Shown one piece after another: positions 12,041-24,299 of a stretch of 64,000 nt of DNA. Location of the stretch: contig CM052816.1 in the NCBI GenBank assembly GCA_028534125.1, positions 6,698,001 through 6,762,000 of the forward strand, given 5' to 3'. Source of the stretch: Lama glama. Taxonomy: Eukaryota. Within the stretch, counting starts at the first letter, position 1, and each line of letters starts with the position of its first letter. The notes under the pieces are model-generated. The model was given only the letters and a program-made list of their open reading frames with translations. It did no database searches and was not told where the DNA came from. A program made the position numbers and the translations under genes.

Positions 12041-13232
12041 GTGTTATGTAGGAAGGTGTGGAGAAAAGGGAACCCTCGTGCACTGTTGGTGGGAATGTAA
12101 ATTGGTGCAGACATAATTTATAACAAATTTGGGAAAAAGTATGGAGGTTCCTGAAACAATTAAAAATAGAAGTACTGTATGATCTATCCATTCCTCTTCT
12201 GGGTGTATCCCCAAAGGAAATAAGATCATGTCAAAGAGATACCTGTGCTCCCATGTTAGTCACAGCATTGTTCACGATAGTCAAGATGTGGAAGCAACCT
12301 CAATATTCATCCACAGATGAATAGATTTTTAAAAATTTGGTATATACATACAATGGGATTCTTTTTTTAGCCTTGAAAAATGGAAATCTTGCCACTTGCG
12401 ACAATATGGATGAGCCTTGAGGACGTCATGCTACGTCACATAAGCCAGTCACAGAGGACAAATACTACATACCACTTACATGATGCATCTGAAATAGTCA
12501 AACTCATAGAAGCTGGGAGTGGAATGGTGGTTGCCAGGGCTGGAAATGGAGGGGTATTAGTCACAGGGCACAAAGTTTCAGTTAGATGAGTAAGTTCTAG
12601 GTTTCTACTGTTCAGCCTAGTGCCTGCTTTAGTCTATTCAGGCTGCTGTAACACAATGCCACAGACTAGGTAGCTTATAAGCAACAGAAATTTAGTGCTC
12701 ACAGTTCTGGGAGCTAAAGGTCTGAGACCAGGGTGCCAGCCGGTCAAGTGAGGGCCTTTTCCCAGGTGGCAGACTTGTGTCCTCACATTGTGGAATGGAC
12801 TAGAGATCTCTGCGGTATCTATTTTATAAGATCAGTAATCCCGTTCATGAGGGCTTTACTTTTATGACCTAATTACCTCCCAAAGGTCCCACCTACTAAA
12901 AACATCACTTTTTGGGGTTAGGATGTCAACATATGAATTGAGGGGAATATAAACATTCAAGCTATAGCTGTTTCTATAGTAAACAATACTGTATTGTACT
13001 TGAAATTTTGCTAAGAGGGTAGCTCATACGTTAAGTGTTTTATCACAAAAAATAATAATTCATGATTAAGAGGGCAGAAGGAAGCTTTTAGAGACGATGA
13101 ATATGTTTATGGCAGATTGTGGTAATGGTTTCACATGGTGTATACTTATCTCCAAATACATCAAGTTGTACTTATTAAATATGTACAGCTTTTTTATGTC
13201 AATCATATCTCAATAAAGTGGCTAAAAGAAAA
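12041..13232 (+). mobile_element. L1MA-type 3' end, interrupted by an MLT1A LTR and itself inserted in a MIR (11905-12030 / 13240-13340)
   Basis: GGAGAAAAGGGAACCCTCGTGCACTGTTGGTGGGAATGTAAATTGGTGCAG ... CATATCTCAATAAAGTGG; L1 sequence resumes in register after the LTR. Confidence 0.88.
12625..12969 (-). mobile_element. MLT1A-type solo LTR nested in L1
   Basis: TTAGTCTATTCAGGCTGCTGTAACACAATGCCACAGACTAGGTAGCTTATAAGCAACAGAAAT...AAACATTCAAGCTATAGC. Confidence 0.88.
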
Positions 13233-13516
13233 CTCTTATTAGGGTTGCTGACAGAATTAAATGAACTTCTGTGCATAAAAGCACTTAGCAGAATGCCTAA
13301 CACTTGTTAAGTACTTGATATGTGCCAGTACATTATTATTACTGTTGTTGCAGCTTCTTGTGGAAACTTCCAAGACATAAGAGTATTTTCCTCAAGCAAA
13401 TTATCTAAATAGGCTTAATCATCAGTGAAAAGAGAGAATGGTCATCTCACAAATAGAACTCCTAAGAGTACAGAGCCAATATGATACTCAGGTGAGTTAG
13501 ACCTATAATCCCTAAG

Positions 13517-13692
13517 CATCAGTTCTTGGACCAGATGATTTGGAATTTTGGGGGGAGCTCATTAAAATATGCATTGCTGGGGCCCATCCCATATCTGTTG
13601 AATCAGAATATCCTAAGGAAGCAGGTCCCAGGAATTTGTATGTTTTAAGCTTCCTAGGTATACTTTATGGATTGCCAGGTTTGGGAACCACA
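13517..13692. mobile_element. MER5-like hAT element
   Basis: GGGAGCTCATTAAAATATGCATTGCTGGGGCCCATCCC...GAATCAGAAT...GGTTTGGGAACCAC. Confidence 0.75.
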
Positions 13693-14717
13693 TGATTAGG
13701 CAGCTACCTGCATGGAGGGACTTAAAGAGAGCCAAAAGATTGTCTTATAGTATGATTTATGTCTCTCATGACCTTCCATTTGTACTTCCATTTGTCCATC
13801 TGTTCACCCCTTCATCAGCCAAACATGTGTTAGTGCCCAGGGTTTGCCTTATGACCCGCTGTCGCTGTGGTTGATGCAAAGATGAATGATCAGTGCTCTT
13901 AAGGAGTCAACAGTCTGAGGGATTAGATAAATTAACGATAAATAATATATGATGAGCTATAAAATGCTATGGGGGTTCATAAAAATGAACACATTCCAGG
14001 TTGTGGCAGAAGAATCAGAAGAGCTTTCATTGTATCCAAGGGACTCATCTCCCCTTGGGATCATTCCTGTGTTCAAGCTTTTCCTCCTCCTGACTATTTG
14101 CAATCTTATGGTCTCCATAGCTTTCTAACCCACTCTTCACATATTAGCTTAGAGTTATGTGATTGCTTACATGATATGCTCATGAGCTGAGAGCTCAAAA
14201 GTGAAGGCTGCATCTTCATCACCACCTTTTCCCCCAACCTCCTAGCTGGGTGCCTGGCTCTGGCTGAGTACCTGCAGTAAGCGCTGAGTAAACATTGAAA
14301 AAGTTGGGTTGTTGTGGTTATGTAAGGAGGGGAAGCCGTGGGAGCAAGCCTTGAGGAGCAGACCTGGGACCAGACCATGGAGCACCTGAAATTTGGATCA
14401 AGTTTGGGCTTTAGTTTTTAGCCAGAGAACCCAAGACTATTTTGGAAGCTGTATCCATTGTCTACAGAAAAGGCAGGGCAAGAACTAAGACAGTGTATCT
14501 CAAAGTATGGCAAAGTACAGAGATAATTATAGGTATAAACTGTGATGAATTATGTTGAATTATGATGTGAGACTATTCCCTTTTCAGCTCCATTTCAGAT
14601 CACCTAATTACATCAAGGAGGCATTCTCAATTGGGTACTAGTATTTTATCACCTAACAGTTTCTAATCTACTATTTAACAAAGAGAAAATATACTTCAGG
14701 CTCAGAGCGTTGTCAGG

Positions 14718-15151
14718 TGTATTAGTTATCTATTGCCATAATAATGTATTCAGCAAGCATTAAACTTCTGTGTCTTTCAACAGTAAACCTTTATTTAGCT
14801 TGAGAGTCTGAGATCAACCATTAAGGCCAGTGGTTCCTTCGGTACTTCTCTGGATTTGCTGTCAAGTTTTGCAGTTAGAGTCTCAGCTGACTCTTTGTTG
14901 GGGTAACTGGACTGTATTTCATGCATCTCTCATGTCCTTCTCACTGCAGAAAAGTAATCTCAGTCATACAAGAGCTTTTCATGCCTCTGTATGTGTCGAA
15001 TTTGCTAACACACCTCAGCCAGACAGAGAAAGTTCTATGGCTGAATATAGAATCAAAGAATGAAGAAATGAACTCTGCCTACTTAGTAGAACTTAAAGTT
15101 ATGTGGCCAAGGGGTGAAAGAATCATTAATGGTATCAGTGTATCTACCATA
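14718..15151 (-). mobile_element. Old MLT1-type LTR nested in the MER113-like element
   Basis: Starts TGTATTAGTTATCTATTGCC, ends ATCTACCATA; degenerate 5-bp TSD TCAGG/GCAGC. Confidence 0.7.
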
Positions 15152-15197
15152 GCAGCCAAGATTGTCTAGCTAGAATTTTGTAGCATGTTTTTCATTG

Positions 15198-17177
15198 TTT
15201 TTTTTTCTTTTTTCGCTTTATTGAGGTATAATTGATAAAAATCTAAAATATTTAAAGGATGCATCATGGTGACTTGATATATGTATACATTATGAAAAAT
15301 TCTCTATCTAGTTAATGATCACATCCATCACTTCATATATTTGTGTTTTTTTTTTCTTTTTCTGGTGAGAACTTTAAGTTCTGTTCTGTTAGTGATTTTT
15401 AATTATACAATGCAGCATTATCAACCATATTCACCATGGTATAAGTAGATCCTCAGAATTTGGTCATCTTTTTAAAAAGTTGAAGTATAGCTGATTTATA
15501 ATATTCTATTAGTTTCAGATGTACAACAAAATGATGTGGAATTGCTGGATCATAAGGTAGTTCTATTTTTCATTTTTTGGGGACCATCCATTCTGTTTCC
15601 TACTGTGACTACTCCAATCTACGTTTCCACTAATGGTGTACCAGGGTTCACTTTTTTCCACATCTTCCCCAACAGTTGTTATTTGTGGTCTCCTGGATGA
15701 TAATCATTCTTATAGATGTGAGGTGATATCTCATTGTGATTTTGGTTTGCATTTCTCTGTTGAGTAGACATGATGAGCATATTTTCATGTGCCTACTGGC
15801 CATCTGTATGTCTTCTTTGGAAAAATGTCTATTCAATTCTTCTGCTCATATTTTAATTGAGTTGTTTGGTTTTTTTCTGATATTGAGTTGTACAAGCTGT
15901 TTATATATTTTAGATATTAACCCCTGTCTATCATATTATGTGTGAATGTTTTCTCCCATTCAGTAGGTTGTCTGTTCATTTTGCTGATGGTTTCACTTGC
16001 TGTGTAAAAGCTTTCAAGTTTAATTAGGTCCCATTCATTTGTTTTTGCTTTTATTTATTTTGCTTTAGGAGACAAATCCAAAAAAATAGTTACAATTTAC
16101 ATCAAAAAGCATTCTGCCCATATTCTTTTCTGGGGCTTTATGGTTTCAGGTCTTACATTTAAGTCTTTAATGCATTTTGAATTTATTTTTGTGTATGGTA
16201 TGAGGAAATGTTCAAATCTCATTCTTCTACATATAGCTGTCCAGTTTACCCCGTATGACTTTTTGATGAGACTGTCTTTTCTCCACTGTATATTCTTGCC
16301 TACTTTGTCAAAGATTAATTGATCATAAGTGTTTGGGTTTATTTCTAGTCTCTATATTCTGTTCCGTTGATCTATGTGTCTGTCTTTATGCCAGTACCAT
16401 GCTGTTTCAGTTATGATAGCTTTGGAATATAGTGTGAAGTCAGGGAGCATGATATCTCCAGCTTTGTTTTGTTCTCTTTTCTCAAGATAGCTTGGGCCAT
16501 TTGGGGCTTTTGTGGTTTCATATAAATTTGAGGATTATTTGTTTTAGTTCTGTGAAAAAAGTCATGGGTATTTTTTAGGGAGTGCATTAAATCTGTTGAT
16601 TACTTTCAGTAGTATGGACATTTTAACAATATTAATTCTTCCATTCCAAACCCACAGCTAACATCATACTCAGTGGTGAAAAGCTGAAAGCCTTTCCTCT
16701 AAAATCAGAAACAAAATAAGGATACTCCCTCTTACCACTCTATTTAACATAGTACTGGAGGTCCTAGCCACAGCAGTCAGACAAGAGAAACACATAAAAG
16801 GTATCCACATTAGAAGGGAGGAAGTAAAATTGTCACTATTTGAAAATGACATAGTTCTACATAATGGTAGTCATATATATATATATATGTATATATATAT
16901 AAACTGTAAAGTCTACTGGAAAAATATTGGAACTAACAAATGAATTCAGAAAGTTTGCAGGATACAATGTTAATACACAGAAATCTGTTGCTTTTCTATG
17001 CACTGATAATGAACTATCAGAAAGAGAAAGCACGAAAGCAATCCTGTTTAAAATTGCATCAAAAAGAATAAAATACCTAGGAATAAACTTAACCAAGGAG
17101 ATGAAAGACCTGTACTCTGAAAACTATGCAACACTGATGAAGGAATTTGAAAATAATACAAAGAAATGGAAAGATAC
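15198..17177 (-). mobile_element. L1 with 5' inversion: 15198-16648 on minus (3'UTR + distal ORF2), 16647-17177 on plus (RT region)
   Basis: Minus [33 protein letters not shown]; plus [26 protein letters not shown]...KRIKYLGINLTKEMKDLYSENY; poly(T) at the left end. Confidence 0.92.
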
Positions 17178-17489
17178 AACTGTTAATTTTTTAAACTATC
17201 TTTTTGTGCTAAGTGTTACAAGTTTTCACTTATGGTAGTAATAAAAAGGTTTCTTTTACATTAAATTTATTTGAGACAAAAAAGAGATAAATGGATATAA
17301 AGAAAAAGTCTTTTTTTAAAAAAATAGCCCATGGGATACATCCACATGGCAAAAATTGTCAGACAAAGGAAGTGACAAGTTTGGAAAACTCTGAACCAAG
17401 ATGATTGTAATTGGGACTCTGAACAGGGAATGGATGAAAGAGGTGTTGCAGACTCAGAAAAATAAGCTAAATAACCACAGGTTCAGTTG

Positions 17490-18000
17490 AGTTCAGTTCA
17501 ATGAACATGTATTAAGTGTCAACAGCCTGCCTGATGCAGTGGCAGGAGCCAGAGATACAAAAATGAAAACTTGAAGTCCTTGTCCTAAAGCAGTTCATAA
17601 CCTAGGAGGTGAGAGGCACATAGCAGATAACTTGGACCCACTGGGGTAAATCACATATTGAGTGGATGTCCCCTGGGTGCCTGCAGAGAGGGCACTAAGC
17701 TTAGGCTGGTGAGTGTGCATTGGGGAAGGGCGACCAGCAAGTTCCTTGGAGGAGGCTCTGGAAGAATGAATAGAAGTTTCTTGGCAAGAAGAATGAGCAG
17801 AGGCATGGAGAGTATGAAATTCTCTTTGGGAAAAGTTCATTCTTATTGAAGACTGATATTTAAGACAGGAAAGGAGACTGAAGAGTTGTTGGGTAGCCAG
17901 AATGCAGACAGCTCTGTTTGCAACACTAGGCAGCTTAGAATTTTCCCTGTTATGGACAACAGGGAGTCCGTGACGGTTGTCAAGCAGGGAAAAGATATCT
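17490..18000 (-). mobile_element. L2 fragment
   Basis: TTCAATGAACATGTATTAAGTGTC...GAGATACAAAAATGAAAA; purine-rich L2 body. Confidence 0.7.
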
Positions 18001-19066
18001 ATCTATCTATGTCTATGTCTATATCTATTCATTTATTTATAATAGATGTAATATAATATTATAAAATTTTATATATACATTTATTAAAACACCTTATGTA
18101 TTTACATATAATACAGATTTATAATATACATGAAAACACATTTTCCTCTTTTCTTCAAAAATTCCTGCCAAGTGGTTTTACTGCTTTTGTTTTACCAACC
18201 CCCAGTAACAGGGGGCTCATTATCCTACAGTTGAGCTTGCTGGAGTCCTGATAGTAACCAGATAAAGAAGATAGACTTGAGGGACACGAAACTGGAAATG
18301 GAGATTGTGCAGTAATCCAGCCGAGGGACACAAAGGGACTGAAATGGGTAGGGAGCGTTCAGATGTAAAGACAGAGGAGAACTGCTTGGGTGAATGTTAA
18401 GTGCTGTGAAAATGGGAATCGTACTTGTGCTCACTTTACAGCCCAAAGTTACTGCATACACCACTCCAAAACCATGCAGATAGCTATTTTTTTTCTTATA
18501 ATTGGACAAAGCAATGCTGACACCCAGTGGCTGATTCCGATTGCCCGCAGCTCCCAGAGAGGATCACGAAGGAGGGGGATGGAAGTCAGCTTGCCCGACC
18601 TGGCCGTCAGAGCATCCCAGCCTCCTTCGCAGAAAGGGCAAGTCTAAATTCAGCTAGAAACGGCTGGCCTTGTGATGTGGCTGGCACCACACAAAGGATA
18701 GTTCCTTGTAAGTTTAATGCAGACAAAAGAGCTAAATTAAACCTGCAGATGAGAACAGCATTGCATCAAAGTCAGCCCCTTCTAAAGCAGAGGCAAAAGC
18801 AATTACCCTCAGAGTTCCCTGGAGAGCTCCTATCCAAAGCACCAGTAGGAAAATGGAATATTTAATGGTCAATTTCTCAGTCAAATCAATAGTCTGCTTG
18901 TATGGTTGTATTCTAGATGCCCTGCTTTGGATGGAAACCCCTCAGCCCCTATTCTGACAGAGTCAGGATGTGTTAGAACAACAAGAAACTTAACAGGTCA
19001 GATGGGAAAACAGGTCCAGGGAGGAGAGACGAATTTCCCAAGGTCTCAGAGCAAACTAATAGCACC

Positions 19067-19396
19067 CTGGGTGGATTAAACAACAAACATATCTTGTAGT
19101 TCCGGTGGCTGAGAAGTCCAACATCATGGTGCTGGCAGAGTCAGTGTCTGGTGAAGGCCTACTTCCTGGTCCATAGATGGCTCTTCTTATTGTGTCCTTC
19201 CACTGTGGAAAGGCGTAAGGGAGTTCTTTGGGGTTTCTTTACAAGGGCACTAATCCCATTCATAAGGGCTCCACCCTCACGCCCTTACCTCCTTCCAGAG
19301 GCTTCATTCACATCCTAAGATCATCACATTGGGGGTTAGGATTTCAACAAACAAAATTTTTGTTGGGAGAGAGGGACAATCATTCAGTCCATAACA
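19067..19396 (-). mobile_element. MLT1A-type LTR (partial)
   Basis: GAGAAGTCCAACATCATGGTGCTGGCAGAGTCAGTGTCTGGTGAAGGCC...AAGGGCACTAATCCCATTCATAAGGGCTCCACCCTCA...CATTCAGTCCATAACA. Confidence 0.85.
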
Positions 19397-19479
19397 ATGG
19401 CCACAACTTCAGTTACCATCTGTTTGTTGTCAGTGCCCATCATCTAGTTGATAGCACTATTTGAACATCACAGAGGAAT

Positions 19480-21410
19480 GTTCAGAGATTAAACTCAGAA
19501 TCTTCTTCCCACAAATTTGGTTTTCCTACAGTATCTGCTATCTTAGTAAGTGATACCACCGTCTACCATGCAAACTGGAAACAGAGGAGGCGTCCTTGAC
19601 CCCTTTTCCCTTGTCCCTATAATTAAAGCATCACAAGGCTTGAATATATTATTTTCCCGATACCCCGTATTTTAATCCACTTCCTAACGTCTCCCCACCA
19701 TTGCTCTGCCTGCTTCCTGCGCTATTTTTCACTGGAGCACTTACCACCATCTGACACATTTACTTGTTGGCTGATTATCTCTTTCCTCCCTATCAGAATG
19801 TCAGCTTCCATGTCTGCCCTAGTTTATATCCCTTGCCTCTTCCTCAAATATACTCAATCATACTATATTCTATTATACCCTATTATTTTTTTCATAGCTC
19901 TTATCAGCATCTGAAATTATAGTTATTTGCATATTTATGAGAATAGGAACCTCATCTATCTTGTACACGGTTGTTGACTATTTTAGCAAGAAAAGACCTT
20001 TATCTGTTTGGTTCACTACTGGATCTCCAGTCTGAGACCAGTGCCCAGTACAGAGCGAGTACTTGGTGCGTGCTTGTTGAATGAGTAAACATGCACATAT
20101 GTATACATCTGATGGACGTATAGTTTTTGGGGAGTGGCAGTTTCTAGCAGAGAATGCATAGGGTTAGCAACTGCCTGGTTATTGCCTAAAACTCAACTAT
20201 CTGTGCCTTGTTATTTTTGTGGTTTATGACTGTGGAAGCAAGTGTTACTGATTTGACAAGGACTCAGAAAGACAGGTTGGAAATTTCCTTCTTAATGGAG
20301 GAAAAAGAATTTCCTTCCTAATGGAGGAAAAAAAATTGTTTTAAACCTGGCTTCTGAAAGGGGAGGTAGGACACCTGAAAGACACAGTCTCAGGCTCTCC
20401 GGGTCTGCTGCTTTTGTGTTCTGCTGCCTTTCATTATAGCCAACACCTATGAGAAAGATGATTGGCTACCAGTTCATGCCACAGCTTAGCTGGTCCTTGA
20501 CTGGGTCCACTTACTTACTTAAAAAATTACCTGCTCTATTCAAGGTGCTGTGAGGGAGGTAGATGGAAAGTCTCCTAATTCTGCTGTAGTTCATTTCCTG
20601 ACCCCCCATTTGCTTTCTTCATGTAGCAGTCAGAATGCTTTTCTCTCCCTCTCTTCCTCCCTCTATCCCTCATTGGCTCAATATGTAAAGTTAATTTTTA
20701 CTCCTTAACAACCCAACACTAGTATTCCTGGCCAGCACTAAGACACCTGTGAGATTATCTAGAGACCCGGACACCTTATGTCCTGTAACTCTGACATTTT
20801 TTAAAGCCTTGGGGACTTCTGTAAACAGGGAAAGAAGAGGAAGTATCGTATATGGGAGGTTTTTATGAGTCAAGTGCATGATCTCTTTAAAATGTAAGTT
20901 ATCTGGAGTCCTAACCTCCCTCCAACTTTGGTGAGTTCCCACTTGTCATAGAATAAATTCCAAACTCCTCACCATGGCCCACAAGGCCTTCCATCTTTGA
21001 TCTCATCTTCTGTTGCTTTTCCCCACTCACTCATTCTGCTCTGAGACACATGGCCTTTGTTGTGGTTTCTTAACATATCAACTTTTGATCTGTCTTAAGG
21101 TCTCTGAGTTTATTATCCTCTCTGCCTGGATGTCCGAACTCAGCATGGCTGGCTTCTCCCTTAACTCTGTAGAACTCAGCCCAGACCAGCCCACTCTGCC
21201 TGCCCTAGTTAATTCCCCTTTATTCCTTCCTCAGAGATACTCTATTTTATTACATTGTGTTATTCTCTTCATCACTCTTATGAGCATCTGAAATGATATG
21301 TATCTTTTTTCATGAGAGTAAGAATCTGTCTCTGTTGTATATGATTGTCCATTCCTGTAGCTCGGAAGAGAGTCTGGCACCTATTAAGTGCTTAGGACAC
21401 ATCTGCTGAG
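19480..21410 (+). mobile_element. Cluster of L2 fragments
   Basis: Repeated L2 motifs: AGCACTTACCACCATCTGACA, CAGTGCCCAGTACAGAGCGAGTACTT...TTGTTGAATGAGT, AATAAATTCCAAACTCCTCACCATGGCCCACAAGGCC. Confidence 0.7.
20282..20333. repeat. 26-bp tandem duplication whose unit is a quasi-palindrome
   Basis: AATTTCCTTCTTAATGGAGGAAAAAG followed by AATTTCCTTCCTAATGGAGGAAAAAA. Confidence 0.9.
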
Positions 21411-21600
21411 TACTTACCAGGTGGCAAACCCTCCTTGAACTCTGCATTAGCTCATTCATTCTCACAGTGACTCCAGTAGGTCACTACTATCATAACCCCT
21501 ATTTCACAGAAGAAACTGAAGCCCAGAGAAGTTAAGTAACTTGTTTAGGGTACATAGGTAAAAAGTTGAAAAGCTGGAATTCTGATTTTATGGCCTTGAC
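21410..21600 (-). mobile_element. MIR SINE
   Basis: CCCTATTTCACAGAAGAAACTGAAGCCCAGAGAAGTTAAGTAACTTG. Confidence 0.8.
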
Positions 21601-22770
21601 CATGGTATTGTATCACCCCCACTCAAAATCCTAGTTTTGGAATAGAATTTGGTGTCACCTGACCACCTCTCCACCATGAAATGCATTGATACGCTCTGTG
21701 ACATTCTTTCTGAGGCTTCCTAACTTTTCTTGAGCATTGTGGGGACAGAGAACTCACTTCCTTTTGAGTGAACCCACTTCATTATGAAATGTTAATTTCT
21801 CCCACATAGTGAGATAAGTCTCCCTCCCTATCACTTCTCCCCCAAAGTTCACTTTCCACCTGCTTAGCTACTCCGTGCCCTAGGGAAGCCCATCAGCAGT
21901 GCCAAGATCTTCCTCCTGACACTTCTCTCCTCACAGGTGAGTAGTGCCAGGGTCTCCCTGGGCGTGGTTTATCTTCCTTACCTTGCAAGGAAGTACACGT
22001 ATCTGCCCAGGCTAGGTACAGGTGAACCCTTTCTTTTCTCCTATAACTCTTTGGGGAAGCTGGGAGCCAGCCATGAGTTAGTAGGGTTTCTAAACCTATC
22101 ACATTTGATTTCTCTGAATCTCATCTCACAGCCAGAATGGTAACAAAAAAAACCCCAAATGGCAAAAAGGCAGTTCCTCCCTGGGACTTTGGGAGCTGTT
22201 ATCGGCTGCTCCTTGGATGATGCTATTAGCATTACTTACAGCTCCGGTTCCTCCTTCACAGCCTGAGATCACAAGCATGGGAGAGGCTGATAAAGAAACT
22301 GGCTTATATATGCCTCTCCTTTCATTGCTGATAGGCTTGTCCCTTGTGGGTTTCTTGCAGAATAATGAAACTGTGAAGTGAGGAGGAAAGTTATCATTGG
22401 GTTAGGGAGTATGGAGATCCATTGTGATGGGCTGGCTGGGGGTTACTGATTCACGGGCTGGAGATGGGCAGTGTTTGCAGGCAGAACATTTGCCCCCAAA
22501 AGGCCGCATGGTATAGGGAGCGCTAGCTGACCTGTGGACCAAAACCAGTTTTATTTATTTGTTGTGTGACCCAGGCAAGTTACTTTACCTCTCTGAGTTT
22601 CTTTAAAATAGGGAAACAAAACCTCGCTGACACAGCTGGTATGAGGCTTACTTATACTTTTCTGTTTTGGGTGCCACAGGTCCTCAGTACACATTAATTC
22701 AGATCAGTTGGACTCAGCTGACATTTATTTTATTTATCAAAAGTCGTGAGATTTAAACTTCTATTCCAGA

Positions 22771-23059
22771 CTCACAGACATAGAAAACAAGTTATGGTTA
22801 CCAAAGGGGAAAGGGCAGGGGAGGGATAAATTAGGAGTTTGGGATTAACAGATACACACTACTATATATAAAACAGATAAACAACCAGGACCTACTGTAT
22901 AGCACGGGGAACTGTATTCAGTTTCTCATAATAACATATAATGGAAAAGAATCTGAAAAGAAAATATGTGTATATGTGTATAACTAAATCACTTTGCTAT
23001 ACAACCTGAAACCAATATTATAAATCAACTACACTTTAATAAAAAATTTTAAAAATTAA
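22771..23059 (+). mobile_element. Short L1 3'UTR insertion with TSD
   Basis: CTCACAGACATAGAAAACAAGTTATGGTTACCAAAGGGGAAAGGG...TAAATCAACTACACTTTAATAAAAA; TSD AAACTTCTATTCCAGA / AAATCTCTATCCCAGA. Confidence 0.9.
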
Positions 23060-23129
23060 AAATCTCTATCCCAGATGTCTGGCTTCATCTACTTGTTAAG
23101 TAGGGTAGTACTATAGAGAGCTAGAAAAA

Positions 23130-23400
23130 TGTTTAGTAATGACAATTTAATATGCCTCGTGCTTTACAGTTTTGCAAAATGCTTCCCAGTATGCTAATTC
23201 ATTTAATTCCCTTGACAACCCTATGAGGTAAGGATACTGATTTTACATTTTACACAGAAGGAAACTAGGACACTGACTATTTAACTTGCCCCAAATCATA
23301 GTGAGTGAGTGAGTGGTCACTATTTTAGCTCAGAAGACCTGGGCCAGCACCGTGCCTTAAACTCAGGTCGTCTGACTGTAAACTCTGTTCTGGCTTTCCT
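23130..23400 (-). mobile_element. MIR SINE
   Basis: TCATTTAATTCCCTTGACAACCCTATGAGGTAAG...TTTTACACAGAAGGAAACTAGG. Confidence 0.8.
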
Positions 23401-24299
23401 TTGTTGAACATCGAGTCCTTTGTTGGGCTTGTAGAAATTGACCTTGTATTACTCATCTCTGTATCCAGAGTAGTGCCTGGCATAAAAGAAGGCACCAAAT
23501 AGGCAGTTCGAGAATTTTTAGTTTTCAGCAACTATGGATGATAAATGGATTTTGCAGGAATGGAGTCTAATGAGCCCAGTGTAATGAACAAGACAACTTA
23601 TAAGTGAACCCCTACCTGCCCACCCCAGGACTTGCAGAGGTTATTCACAACCCCATTGCTGAGCTTATTTGTGTCTTAAACTGGGACATGTGAGACTTCT
23701 ACTATGAGAATGATTGGCAGGGGAAAAGTGGCTAGTCCAAAGAATCTGTGTTTTTATAAATAAAAAAGAGAAATGCTGTAAGGGCCAGGCATTGCTTAGG
23801 GGAGCAGCATGTAGTAGGTGGTGTGCATGTCAATTTCTGATTCAAGCCGTATGGCCTTTTCTGGGTTACGTACCTTTATGCTATACCCATGACTCTACGG
23901 CAACCAGCCTACTCCCTACCCTGCATGACTAGCACTAGTGACAACAGACTTCCCATCACGCCATTAGTTTGTTATCTCTAGCACTTTCCATCCTCCCATA
24001 TTACTAGCCTCCACCACGCCAGACCCGTTGTCTCATCTCCCGCTGATGGCCCTCCCCTTGGGCCTGACCCTTGGCACTACTTCTCTGGTTCTGACTTCTG
24101 GCTTCCCTTGTTGATTACCGTGAATTCTGGATTTTGTTTTGTTTTGTTTTTTTCCCCCAACTTCCCTGAGAAACACACAATCTCCTGAGAGTAATTCCCT
24201 TCAATTAGCCTCATTTCTTCAAATTGGAATTGACCCTATGGAATCTCTTATTTCTAATGTGTAATGATTCCATTCATTCATCTCTGTATTTGTTCATTC

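Larger units (their letters stand above)
14491..17393 (-). mobile_element. MER113-like hAT-Charlie element split into three pieces (14491-14717, 15152-15197, 17178-17393) by an LTR and an L1
   Basis: Termini CAGTGTATCTCAAA / TTTGGAAAACTCTG; 8-bp TSD AACTAAGA/AACCAAGA; pieces are colinear with the uninterrupted copy at 51780-52248. Confidence 0.75.
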
